From a virus, in IMG/VR virus record IMGVR_UViG_3300047497_000008, positions 1 through 57,004 of that record: a stretch of 57,004 bases of DNA. One strand, 5' to 3'. This document shows positions 21,571-30,664 of the stretch, piece after piece. How positions within the stretch are numbered: position 1 is the stretch's first letter; each line of letters starts with the position of its first letter. The notes beneath the pieces were generated by a model. That model saw only the letters and a program-made list of their open reading frames with translations. It was not told where the DNA came from and did no database searches. The translations under genes and the position numbers were made by a program.

Positions 21571-24420
21571 TCAAACCCGAAGATTTACTATGACGCCTTG
21601 TACGGATTCATAGTTGCCTTCGATTGGCATATTTCGTGCCGTCGTACCAATTTCGCACGCGGCGATGTACGGCCACGTTCCGGGCGTGGCGACGAGACCG
21701 CTCCCGCTCGGATAGAGCGCGCTACCCTGCACGAGTTCATCGCCGGAGTTGGTCTGCTTGACGAACACGGCGGCTCCGCGCTTATACACGGGCGCTAGCG
21801 GATAGTAGTCCGTTCTTGTCGTTCCGTTGATCCCAGGTGCCGCCGCCACGCCGCCCGGAGGATTCGTGCCGTATTGAGCACCGAGCTGATAGGAGCCTTG
21901 GTGATAAACGACGTCGCCTCGCGCGAGCGTCGCCGACGCGGTAACGAAGATGCCGTCGCCGGACATCCCATCGAAACGCGTGTTGGCGTTCTCGCCGTTA
22001 TTGTACGGCCCCATCAGCATGATCGGAGCGACGGCTTCGTTGCAGGATAGAATCGTACTGTCGTCTCGCCACGAGCATCCGCCACCGCCGCCGATGATGA
22101 TCGCCACGATAGCGCCCGTTCTCGGAATGATACTGTAGCATGTCGTTCCTTCGGGAATCGTTTGTGCCGTGTCCATTTCATAGACGCCGGTCGATATCTC
22201 GCTCAGGATCTTGGTGCCCCACTCGACGCCGATTCCGCCCAGCCAATCGCCGACCGTGAGCGATCCAGACTCGACGGTGTAGGTCGTTCCTGTCGAGTGG
22301 CCGACTACCTTGGAACGAATTTGCGCGTAACCGCCGGTCTGCGTCCGGTCGAACTGCGTATCGAAGAGGTTGCCGCTCCTCAAGTCGAACACCGCGACCG
22401 GCTTGGGCGCACCCGAGCTTTGATCTATGTAGTCGTCGTAAGTCGCGCCGACAGTCCACGTGCCACCCATGGTGAATTTGTTGCTCCCATAAACGCCGTT
22501 GAGGAAACCGCAATTGCCCGCGCTTTCGAGCGCGATAATTCCAGACGTATTGGTTACGGCGTCGTTCACGGGATTGGTTAGATTGCCGCTGCTGTCTGGC
22601 AGCTCTTTGTGGATACCGATCGGGCCAAACCCCAGGGAAAGGCCGTTCCAGATATTCGAGTCGAACGATGCCGATGCCGCAATCGCCATCGAGGCCCAAT
22701 ACGACGACGCCAATTCGACGTTTTTCATGTTTACGCCGCCGTTCGTAATCATCCACGGCTCCGCATAACAGTTCTTGTAGTTCGCCGCCGAAGAAACATC
22801 CTCGATGTATATGTGATCGCCGTTGATGCCGAAGCCGACGCCGAAGCCCTGGAACGCAGCGCGAGCGACGGTGTTGCGACCGCCCACGCCCAACCCCGTC
22901 ATTTGGGCGCCTTGTACGCCGACCGTGTGACCGCCCGGCCCCGCCATGAAGAAGTTGGCGTAACGCGTTCTCAGGTACGCCGGCCCGCGCACAGGAGACC
23001 CGAGGCCGAACCGATCCACGCCTAGATCAGTCTGCCAGCTAAACGCCGTTCCGTAAGCGCCCAGCCCCTCGACGTCGAACATGCCATAGATCAGCCCAGA
23101 CGGAACGAGAATCGTATCGTTGAAGAAGAACGACGATCCACCGAAGACGACTTTGCGCCCGAAGCCACTGGCGATATAGCAGGCTTGCGCGATGGCTGTC
23201 TGCGCGCCGAACGTGTCGAGTGACAGGGCACCGAATTGTGCCGGCGACACGCGAAACGTGATCGTCTCGCCCGACGCGATGGGCGCGGTCAGCTCGTTTG
23301 ACAGAACGATCGAACCGTAACCGGCAGATCCGAACACACTGTTAAACGAGACGAGCGTCGTGCCGTTCGGAATGCCGGCGCCTGAAACACCCATGCCCGC
23401 CTTGAGCAGCATGTAACGCTTGAGCGGGTTCTGCCACTGCGCCACGTTGGCGCTCCATCCGCCCGTGCCCGACAAGGCGTCGAGAAAATAGAGCTGCGTG
23501 TCGCCTTCGCTCGCTGCCGCGCTTACGGTTCCGGTAAACAGGCGCCCGAACAAATAGCCGTGAGTCGGATCGGTCAGATACGCGTATGGCGTGGCGCCAT
23601 TGACGACGATCGCCGCCATGGACTCCAGCGTGTCGTATTGCGATGGATACTTGTCGGCGATCGTGTTGCCGGATTGATTGCCGGTGCCGTCGCCGAGCGC
23701 GCCGAACTCGCAAACGTCGAAGATGATCGACGCACGCGTTGAAGGCTTGCGCGGCTTGACCGCACCATCGGCGATCAACGGCGCGTTGGATTGGCTCGTA
23801 TCCGTGAAGTCGAGCGTCACAGCGCCTTCGCTGCCGCTTACGTCGGCACCTGTTATCACCATGCTCGTTACATTGGTGATCGGCGCTCCGGCGCCCGTGA
23901 TGCTCAACGTGGCGCCAGACACACCGGCTAGATCCAGCGTGGCCGCGCCGTCCGATCCTGTAAGACTTCCGCCGCCCGTCACCGTCAAATCAGTTACGGA
24001 GTCAACCGTAGTGGCTCCAACTGTGACAGTGACACCGTTATTGCTGGATGCGTCTTCCGACCAGCTCGTTCCAGTCCAAACGAGAGTCGCGTGAAGTGTT
24101 TGATCCCAGGATTTCCAGCCGACGCGCGGACGGTAGAACACCCAAGCGCCGAGCCGCCATACGGCGAGCTGCGTATCCTTGCCGGCCCACGCGCCCGTGG
24201 CGCCGGCTGCCACGATGTAGCGTTGACCGTCGATCGGATTCGACGGCGGCGCGGTCAAAACACTCGATAAAGTCGATAAGTTTATCACGGCGCCGAGTCG
24301 TTCCAGCGCACCATTCATGCCGCCAGCGTTCCCGTCTGCCACGTCGGGCGGCACCGTCGAGAACGCGTCTCCGTCCGCGTATCCTGTCGGCAATCCTAGA
24401 TTTGGTTCCTGACTCGCCAT
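21571..24420 (-). CDS. tail fibre/tailspike with DUF2793-like N-terminal anchor and beta-helix (pectate-lyase-like) domain
   Basis: 949 aa. The N-terminal roughly 120 aa are paralogous to 24466..25623. FDVCEFGALGDGTGNQSG is typical of the start of tailspike beta-helices. Confidence 0.8.
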   Translation of the reverse strand: MASQEPNLGLPTGYADGDAFSTVPPDVADGNAGGMNGALERLGAVINLSTLSSVLTAPPSNPIDGQRYIVAAGATGAWAGKDTQLAVWRLGAWVFYRPRVGWKSWDQTLHATLVWTGTSWSEDASSNNGVTVTVGATTVDSVTDLTVTGGGSLTGSDGAATLDLAGVSGATLSITGAGAPITNVTSMVITGADVSGSEGAVTLDFTDTSQSNAPLIADGAVKPRKPSTRASIIFDVCEFGALGDGTGNQSGNTIADKYPSQYDTLESMAAIVVNGATPYAYLTDPTHGYLFGRLFTGTVSAAASEGDTQLYFLDALSGTGGWSANVAQWQNPLKRYMLLKAGMGVSGAGIPNGTTLVSFNSVFGSAGYGSIVLSNELTAPIASGETITFRVSPAQFGALSLDTFGAQTAIAQACYIASGFGRKVVFGGSSFFFNDTILVPSGLIYGMFDVEGLGAYGTAFSWQTDLGVDRFGLGSPVRGPAYLRTRYANFFMAGPGGHTVGVQGAQMTGLGVGGRNTVARAAFQGFGVGFGINGDHIYIEDVSSAANYKNCYAEPWMITNGGVNMKNVELASSYWASMAIAASASFDSNIWNGLSLGFGPIGIHKELPDSSGNLTNPVNDAVTNTSGIIALESAGNCGFLNGVYGSNKFTMGGTWTVGATYDDYIDQSSGAPKPVAVFDLRSGNLFDTQFDRTQTGGYAQIRSKVVGHSTGTTYTVESGSLTVGDWLGGIGVEWGTKILSEISTGVYEMDTAQTIPEGTTCYSIIPRTGAIVAIIIGGGGGCSWRDDSTILSCNEAVAPIMLMGPYNNGENANTRFDGMSGDGIFVTASATLARGDVVYHQGSYQLGAQYGTNPPGGVAAAPGINGTTRTDYYPLAPVYKRGAAVFVKQTNSGDELVQGSALYPSGSGLVATPGTWPYIAACEIGTTARNMPIEGNYESVQGVIVNLRV

Positions 24421-24446
24421 GGTGCTGAATCCTTTCTTTGTCGTTC

Positions 24447-24459
24447 GGAACTTAGTTCC
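24447..24459. repeat. GGAACTTAGTTCC palindrome (17 bp with TC/GA flanks)
   Basis: Intergenic between the two fibre genes, 27 nt upstream of ATG 24420. Confidence 0.95.
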
Positions 24460-24465
24460 GACGCG

Positions 24466-25623
24466 TCAATGAGCCGCCGATCCGGGCGGAACGAGTTTCC
24501 GAGTGAGGCCGTTTTCATCCCACGTCCAAAGTGTGAATGTCGCTCCGGCGTCTGTTCCGCCGACCGCGATTCCGATAAGGCTCCACATGCTCAAATAACC
24601 GCTCGCTTTCGGGAAACTGTAGCACGTCGCTTGACACCCGTTCGCGCCGTTCCCGTCGCGGAAATACTCATACGTGATGTAGGTTCCATCGTCCTCGATA
24701 GCGAGAGTCGTAAGCGCGTAAGGATCGTAATACGGCTGTCCGTTCCAAGGCGATCCGCCGCCGCCGCCCGTATCCCATACGGCGCTCCAGTTCACCACGT
24801 TCAAGGCGCTGAAATTGTTCCCCTGAAACATGCTCTGGAAAGAACAGAACTTGCCGGTGCTGGTATCGAAAAACCCAATTCCGCCGAACGAGTTTGCGCC
24901 AGATCCCGACACGTTGAACTGTACGACGAGTCTGTACGGCGGCGTCGGAGCTGGCCGACTAACGAAAAACTTGTTTCCTTGAAAAACGATCCCGACCCCG
25001 GCGTTCTCCTTCAAGATCGTAGGCGATCCCGTTTGTGTCGTGAAAGTGCTCGCTGCCGGAACCGGGCCATAGGAGCTGCCGCTTCCGCCACCGCCGCCGG
25101 CGTTGGCGAGAACATAAGCACGCGTGGCCGCGTCCTGCGGGTTTACCGGGTCTGCCAAATTCGTTATGCGATTGGTACCCATATTCAGATTGGCCGTGGC
25201 GGATGCTAATTCATCCAGCGTCAAAAGACGGGCGAAAGTCTGAACCGCGGCACGATCGTCGGCCCACGTCGTTCCGTTCCAGGTCAGTCGGTAGCCCAGC
25301 GTTTCCTCGAATGCCGACCAGCCTTTCTGCGGCGTGTAGAACACCCATGCGGCGCGCCAAACAGCGACGCAATGATCTTTTCCCACCCACGCTCCGGTCG
25401 CGCTTGGTGCGACAATGTACCGATCGCCGTTGGCCGGTGAGGACGGCGGCGCGGTCAATGCGCTGTTTATGACCGCGAGCTGCGTCAGCGCATCGAGGCG
25501 TTCGGCCGCACCGTTCCAGCCGCCTTGAGTGCTATCCCGTGTGTCGGCCGGTTGTGTGGCCCACGGATCGCCGCCCGTATAGCCAAGCGGTATTCCGAGA
25601 TTCGGGCCTTGTGATGCTGCCAT
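24466..25623 (-). CDS. second tail fibre with the same DUF2793-like N-terminal anchor
   Basis: MAASQGPNLGIPLGY...APPSSPANGDRYIVAPSATGAWVGKD...WVFYTPQKGW parallels the 949-aa protein. Confidence 0.75.
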   Translation of the reverse strand: MAASQGPNLGIPLGYTGGDPWATQPADTRDSTQGGWNGAAERLDALTQLAVINSALTAPPSSPANGDRYIVAPSATGAWVGKDHCVAVWRAAWVFYTPQKGWSAFEETLGYRLTWNGTTWADDRAAVQTFARLLTLDELASATANLNMGTNRITNLADPVNPQDAATRAYVLANAGGGGGSGSSYGPVPAASTFTTQTGSPTILKENAGVGIVFQGNKFFVSRPAPTPPYRLVVQFNVSGSGANSFGGIGFFDTSTGKFCSFQSMFQGNNFSALNVVNWSAVWDTGGGGGSPWNGQPYYDPYALTTLAIEDDGTYITYEYFRDGNGANGCQATCYSFPKASGYLSMWSLIGIAVGGTDAGATFTLWTWDENGLTRKLVPPGSAAH

Positions 25624-25629
25624 GATCTA

Positions 25630-28002
25630 TTATCCCCATCCGCCGCCGTATTCGTTGCCCCAGCCGTCGCCGCCTTCGGCGTCACTGAATGATACCTGAA
25701 ATCTGTAAGTGTTCCATGAGACGAGTGTGTCTCTGACTGATTCGATGGCAATCCATATTGATCCGCCGGCTCCGTCTTCCGCTTGCATAGCCGCCGTATA
25801 GGACCACGTGTTCCCGACGATCCCGGTTGTCGTGCGCAAGAGCGTCGAATTGTCGGCTGCATAGATATCTATCGTGTAGGTCTGTCCTGTTTCGAGCGGC
25901 CCGGCATCGCCGTCGTCCTGGCCCAATAGAACATCCTGCACGAGAAGCCGGTTGCGGTTCGCCCAAGTGAGAACCATATCCGTTCCCGTGCTCGATCGCG
26001 GACCATCGGCGTAAGACGTTCCGTTTATTTTCATGAGCGCAGATATCCATGGGCGCCCAAGGCGACTCGCCATGACAACCGTATCGACCGCCGCAAGGCT
26101 CGGGTCCAAGGTTTGTGATGTAAGCCGTGGTAACGTCTTCACGTAAACGCTTTCGCCCGAGACGTACTCTTGCTGATCGCTGCCGGTCGCACCGTCGATC
26201 AGGAAGTACGGCGCTCCGGCCGCGTGCCCGGCAGGGAGCGTATCGACGCAACCGCGCTTTACGACGGCGTGACCGGTCGCGTCATTGAACGCGACAATCT
26301 CTACAATCTCGCCCTCGATATACATGGCATCGCCAGCCGCGATCTCCCCGAAGTCTGTGCCACTCAACAGGTACACGTCGCCGTCAGACAAGCCGATCGC
26401 GCTCGTTATCGTAGCCGTCGCCGACCATGCGACACCCGTATTGTATTGCGCGCCGTCCGCATCCGTAGGATCGTCGGTTGACGTCTGAAGCAGATAGTTC
26501 AAGCTGTTGCTCGTCGGCCGACCGATGAACGTTGCGATGTAGCCGGCGTCTTCGGGAAGCGTCTGCGCGTTGGCCGCACCCAAACGAATCACTACGTCCC
26601 GGTAGCTCGCTTCGACTACAAGCCTGACCGTGGCCGGGATTGCCTGAGTTGGCGGCGGCGTGTAGGTAGGTTCGGTCGAACTCGTGTAAGCCGTCGCGGG
26701 AAAATCGAAAATGTCCGTCACCGCTTGAACGGTGATCTTGCCACCTTTCAAGCCGCCGATCGTGACTTTGCCGATGCGAAGTACCATGTACTCCAAGCCG
26801 CGATCCGGCAGCTCTATCGCGACCAAGCCGCCCGGCTGAAGATTGTATCCGCGCCGATCGAAGACCAAAGTGAAACGACGAAGCCCAACCACGGCGGCGT
26901 TTAGATCGCGAAGCGCCGCGCGGTGCGCAAGATCGTCCTCCGCGATCATCGGGTAGTTTCGCGTATCCGAGAATATCTCGCCGAGCGCCTGAATGCTTGC
27001 GATGTTCTGTGATCGCACTTCCCGATCGTCATTGCGCAACGGCGTGTGATAGACGACTATGATTTCGTTGAGGCCAGTATCTTGTGCCGACGACTCGTCT
27101 TCCGTAACGTCGAGAAGCCCGTTCGAAAAGTTGAACGCTGGATAATCAGACTCGCTGTAATCTTGCCGGATCATGATGATATTGAATAGGCCCGTCTGCC
27201 GGTTCAAGAACAGGGCTGCGGCGATATGATCTATGATCTGACCGATAATGTCTTCGATCGGGTTTGTTCTATCCCAGGCGAAGCAGAGGCCGAGACCTTC
27301 GGATACGCACACGTCGGCAGCAGCTCGAAAATTCGCGTCGTCAATCAGCGACGGATCGTAGCCTTTACCCCAATCCGGGTTTGTCAGCGCTTCGTAAATC
27401 ATGTGAATAGGATTCATCGCATAGATCGGACCCTGAAACCATTGATTGAAGTGCGGGTCTGATTGGTCCTGCATGAAATCCCAGCCGAGCAAGTCTATCG
27501 CGCAAGCTGACTGGTACCAGCACATATCCGATCCGTACTGACTCGGATTGAACCAGCCGTTGATCGTGCGCGAAACCCGGAACATCCAAGTCTTCGGGTA
27601 CGGATTGTTGGAGCAAACTTGTCCCTGAAACCAGATTGCGAGAAATCCGTGCATCCCTGACATGGGCGAGCCGAGCGGCGTCTGCACGTTGGTATCGACT
27701 CCCTGGTTCGGGAGTCCTTGGTAGGCGTTCATCGTGCCTTCAACGCCGCCCTCGCCGGTATCGCCGCCGAAGATCTTGGGTTGACTCATTTTGGCTTGAA
27801 CGTTTACGTTGTCGATCCAAGAACAGCCAGGCTCGCCGGAGTATGTGATATTCGGCCCTGATCCCCAGCCACGATTGTACCAAAGATATTGACCGCCGAT
27901 TACGATCTGAATTACTTGATCGACGGGACCGCGACAGACACCCATAAGAATGTCCATGAAATACTTGTAGCCGGTTACTTGACCGCCTTTGATACTACCC
28001 AT
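25630..28002 (-). CDS. host-specificity / central tail fibre protein (lambda J-like)
   Basis: 790 aa. The start MGSIKGG resembles lambda J MGKGSSKG. It lies downstream of the tail-tip genes. Confidence 0.8.
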   Translation of the reverse strand: MGSIKGGQVTGYKYFMDILMGVCRGPVDQVIQIVIGGQYLWYNRGWGSGPNITYSGEPGCSWIDNVNVQAKMSQPKIFGGDTGEGGVEGTMNAYQGLPNQGVDTNVQTPLGSPMSGMHGFLAIWFQGQVCSNNPYPKTWMFRVSRTINGWFNPSQYGSDMCWYQSACAIDLLGWDFMQDQSDPHFNQWFQGPIYAMNPIHMIYEALTNPDWGKGYDPSLIDDANFRAAADVCVSEGLGLCFAWDRTNPIEDIIGQIIDHIAAALFLNRQTGLFNIIMIRQDYSESDYPAFNFSNGLLDVTEDESSAQDTGLNEIIVVYHTPLRNDDREVRSQNIASIQALGEIFSDTRNYPMIAEDDLAHRAALRDLNAAVVGLRRFTLVFDRRGYNLQPGGLVAIELPDRGLEYMVLRIGKVTIGGLKGGKITVQAVTDIFDFPATAYTSSTEPTYTPPPTQAIPATVRLVVEASYRDVVIRLGAANAQTLPEDAGYIATFIGRPTSNSLNYLLQTSTDDPTDADGAQYNTGVAWSATATITSAIGLSDGDVYLLSGTDFGEIAAGDAMYIEGEIVEIVAFNDATGHAVVKRGCVDTLPAGHAAGAPYFLIDGATGSDQQEYVSGESVYVKTLPRLTSQTLDPSLAAVDTVVMASRLGRPWISALMKINGTSYADGPRSSTGTDMVLTWANRNRLLVQDVLLGQDDGDAGPLETGQTYTIDIYAADNSTLLRTTTGIVGNTWSYTAAMQAEDGAGGSIWIAIESVRDTLVSWNTYRFQVSFSDAEGGDGWGNEYGGGWG

Positions 28003-28165
28003 GTGAGTCTTTCAGAGCTTCGGCCGCAAGTCTAATGGCAAACTCGTTTCCCGTCAACTGAAGTTCCGATACCGGAATCCCGGCATCGAGAAACACTTTC
28101 CAGTCAAGCCCGAGCTGCCGCGCATAGGCTCTCCCGCCAGACATGCAAACGCCCATTCGGCGCAT
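27995..28165 (-). CDS. possible small ORF between the I-like and J-like genes
   Basis: MRRMGVCMSGGRAYARQLGLDWKVFLDAGIPVSELQLTGNEFAIRLAAEALKDSHG. Its stop overlaps the J-like start (ATGGGTAG). There is no clear RBS. Confidence 0.3.
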   Translation of the reverse strand: MRRMGVCMSGGRAYARQLGLDWKVFLDAGIPVSELQLTGNEFAIRLAAEALKDSHG

Positions 28166-28189
28166 GTGAACCGGACGGGCGCGTGTTTC

Positions 28190-28202
28190 AGAACTTAGTT
28201 CC
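28190..28202. repeat. aGAACTTAGTTCC near-copy (12/13, +GAGTGA flank)
   Basis: Lies 7 nt after the stop of 28209..28436. Confidence 0.85.
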
Positions 28203-28208
28203 GAGTGA

Positions 28209-28436
28209 CTATTTTCCCTTGGCATAGATCGGCTTGTTCGTAAGGTTGCCATACCATATCACCGTCCACCCTGACAGGAACGCGTCACCCCATACTACGG
28301 GAATCGGCGTGCCGTCGATGCACTGCGGCAGTACGAAATTGTTAAGCTGTTCCGACTTCGGTTTCTGTTGCCGGTTTGCGATGGCCTGAAGAACCCCGCT
28401 CGCGACCATCAGAACAACGACCCAAATGAAAGGCAT
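28209..28436 (-). CDS. tail assembly protein, lambda gpI C-terminal-like
   Basis: AGGAG RBS. A TM helix is followed by TPIPVVWGDAFLSG (compare lambda I LPVLYGEMRVG). Confidence 0.55.
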   Translation of the reverse strand: MPFIWVVVLMVASGVLQAIANRQQKPKSEQLNNFVLPQCIDGTPIPVVWGDAFLSGWTVIWYGNLTNKPIYAKGK

Positions 28437-28447
28437 ATCGTTTGCTC

Positions 28448-29269
28448 CTAGAAAACCGGATCGCCGTCGAACGGAGAACGCCCGGACATATACGGCTCAC
28501 CGTCATAGTTTAACGTGTTGCTGTAATACGTGCTGCAATCGCTCCATGTGCGTTGGCAACCGGGGTAGGCGTTTACCACGTCCCCGACGCTCAAGCCGAA
28601 GAACAGGCCGATGACGGTTATGGCCGAGCTTGCGTGCGTCAGGATTCCGCGCGTCTCTACGGTACCGTCCGCGAGCTGCCATTCAACTGTTCCTCCGGCG
28701 AACCGGCCATTAGCGAGACTGGCGAACGCCGCGCCGACCATGCCGTTTCCGGCTACCGATATGATCGTCACTTCCACCAAGTAATCCGCCTTGACGACAC
28801 GGCAGTTGTGATCGTAAAGACAGTTGCCGCACTCTCGACCCCAGACTTTGCGTAGCCCATTCGACGTGAGATCCGATAGCAGGCTGGCGCACTTGATGAT
28901 CGCAGTTCCGATCTTCGGGATGTTAACCGACCGAACGGTTCCTTTCCAGCTCACGTAAACCTGTCGGTCTGGATCGTCGCTGTGCATTTCCGACACGGTG
29001 ATATATGTTTTGGTGCTTGGCGGCGTGGCCGAGAACAGCATCGGCATAGGCTCGGAATTGCTCATGGTGATCTCAAGCGAGTCGTCCTGCCGACTGCCTG
29101 ACTGAGTAAACCCGGAGTCGGATATCGGAGCCGATTTATAGACGATATCGCCGATCGTGATGTTCGTATCCGAACTCGTGTAATACCAACTTCCGCCGCC
29201 GCGCGTAAACGTGTAAAGCCTGATCGGCTCGCCCAGCGATAACGAAGTCTCGTAAGTCGGAAACGTCAT
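28448..29269 (-). CDS. tail-tip protein, DUF2163 / BR0599-type
   Basis: CGNCLYDHNCRV, FAGGTVEW, AYPGCQRTWSDC, NYDGEPYM. Confidence 0.8.
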   Translation of the reverse strand: MTFPTYETSLSLGEPIRLYTFTRGGGSWYYTSSDTNITIGDIVYKSAPISDSGFTQSGSRQDDSLEITMSNSEPMPMLFSATPPSTKTYITVSEMHSDDPDRQVYVSWKGTVRSVNIPKIGTAIIKCASLLSDLTSNGLRKVWGRECGNCLYDHNCRVVKADYLVEVTIISVAGNGMVGAAFASLANGRFAGGTVEWQLADGTVETRGILTHASSAITVIGLFFGLSVGDVVNAYPGCQRTWSDCSTYYSNTLNYDGEPYMSGRSPFDGDPVF

Positions 29270-30663
29270 GTTTCATCTCGCGTCGATTGGAAAGTTATCG
29301 CCACGGTGGCGCCGCCGGCCATGTCGGATCGGTGCAGGATATCTATAGAGTCTTGTGCCAGCCGCGAGTACACCATGAACGATATAAACTTGACTTGCGA
29401 AGCCGCAACCGTGGGCGGTGCCGTATCGAGAAACAGGCGCTCAAGGGCGCTACCACTCGGAACCGATACGGACGTGATGCGCGCTTGGAACTTAGTTCCG
29501 TCGCGCATCAGCATATAGATATCCTGCCGCCCTTCAAACGGCCCGAAGATGGCCATTCCGATAGGGTTCACGTCTATGTAGCCGTTAGACGATACGATAT
29601 TCTCGGCCGGCACAAGATCTTGCGCGAACGACGGCACCCATACGGGAACGCGTTGTCCGCAAAGTGTGTAGAGAAGATCCACGAGAGCCCAATACTGCGC
29701 GCGACCAAACAAAACCCAAGTGTTAATCTGCGCCGAGAACTGCGTCCCTGCCGTGTCGATCTGGATCGTGGCGCCCGTGTCGCCATCTAGTATCTCGACC
29801 ATGCGAGTAACCGCTGTCGAGATATCCTGACTCTCGTCCGGCCGCGTCTCAAGCATGATAGCGCCGCGATACGAATTGAATGTAGTCGCTGGCGTGTAGT
29901 ATTGCGTTCCCTGCACGAGATATTTCACAGTCGCCTTGAACGCGCGAGATCCTTGCCGGCTGTACGTTGGCTGTGTATCGACGCGCGCGCTCACGATGGG
30001 GTACACGCGCGCTCCGGCGCCCCAGGAGAGCCCTGTCGGGTTAGTCAGGCCCAAGGTGCCGCTGCCGACCGTTTGCACCCCTACAAGCTCACCGGCGAGC
30101 GCTGTACGCCCTCGTATGAACGCATACCCTTCGGCAAAGCGTGTGTTGACGGTTTTGACATAAAGAGTCGTGATTCCAGCCGGCGCCGCTTCTAGTAACT
30201 TGCCGCCGTCCTGCCAGTCCGGCAGATAGAACGTAGACCCGCCGTAAGCACGCATGAAAAGATCGAACGACGCCCGATCCTGATTGAACACAGTGTAGGA
30301 GATTTCCAGATAGCGGCGCGGCGAAAGTCGGAGCTGCCGGCGTTGCTCGTGGCCGAACTTGGAAACGAATACGTCGGTCATCCACTCGAACGTTTCCGTG
30401 ACGCCTTGATCCCAATCTGGCGGAACGACAACGGACGGCGGCGGCGCGATAGGCGTAGGCGGGACGTAAAGAACTTCGCCGACCATGGCGCCGATGACGG
30501 TCAGCGATGCGTGAGTCCTGATAACTTCGCCGACGAGACCGCCCGCGTGCGCGACCGAGGCCGCGAATACAGGGACTTCGCCGACGACGGAGCCGACTTT
30601 GACCGACGTCGTTCCAGCGACGTCTAGCTCCGTAACGAAAGATCCGACAACCGCCTCAGTCAT
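29266..30663 (-). CDS. distal tail / tail-tip protein
   Basis: 465 aa with ATGA coupling on both sides. It sits between the TMP-proximal gene and the DUF2163 gene. Confidence 0.65.
   Translation of the reverse strand: MTEAVVGSFVTELDVAGTTSVKVGSVVGEVPVFAASVAHAGGLVGEVIRTHASLTVIGAMVGEVLYVPPTPIAPPPSVVVPPDWDQGVTETFEWMTDVFVSKFGHEQRRQLRLSPRRYLEISYTVFNQDRASFDLFMRAYGGSTFYLPDWQDGGKLLEAAPAGITTLYVKTVNTRFAEGYAFIRGRTALAGELVGVQTVGSGTLGLTNPTGLSWGAGARVYPIVSARVDTQPTYSRQGSRAFKATVKYLVQGTQYYTPATTFNSYRGAIMLETRPDESQDISTAVTRMVEILDGDTGATIQIDTAGTQFSAQINTWVLFGRAQYWALVDLLYTLCGQRVPVWVPSFAQDLVPAENIVSSNGYIDVNPIGMAIFGPFEGRQDIYMLMRDGTKFQARITSVSVPSGSALERLFLDTAPPTVAASQVKFISFMVYSRLAQDSIDILHRSDMAGGATVAITFQSTRDET
29487..29499. 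repeat. GGAACTTAGTTCC palindrome
   Basis: Inside the tail-tip gene 29266..30663, read as GTKF. Confidence 0.95.
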
Positions 30664-30664
30664 G

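Noticed and set aside
21571-25623. Diversity-generating retroelement acting on the tail fibres
   Set aside because: There is no reverse transcriptase ORF and I saw no template/variable repeat pair. The internal repeats in the 949-aa protein are ordinary tandem beta-strand repeats.
28003-28436. Idea that the host-specificity gene is split or interrupted (intron, bypass or gene fission)
   Set aside because: The 75-aa protein plus the 790-aa protein resemble one fused N-terminus in GTA-type proteins. In lambda, however, the homologous pieces are the separate genes I and J, so separate genes are normal. Only the extra spacer is noted as a minor finding.
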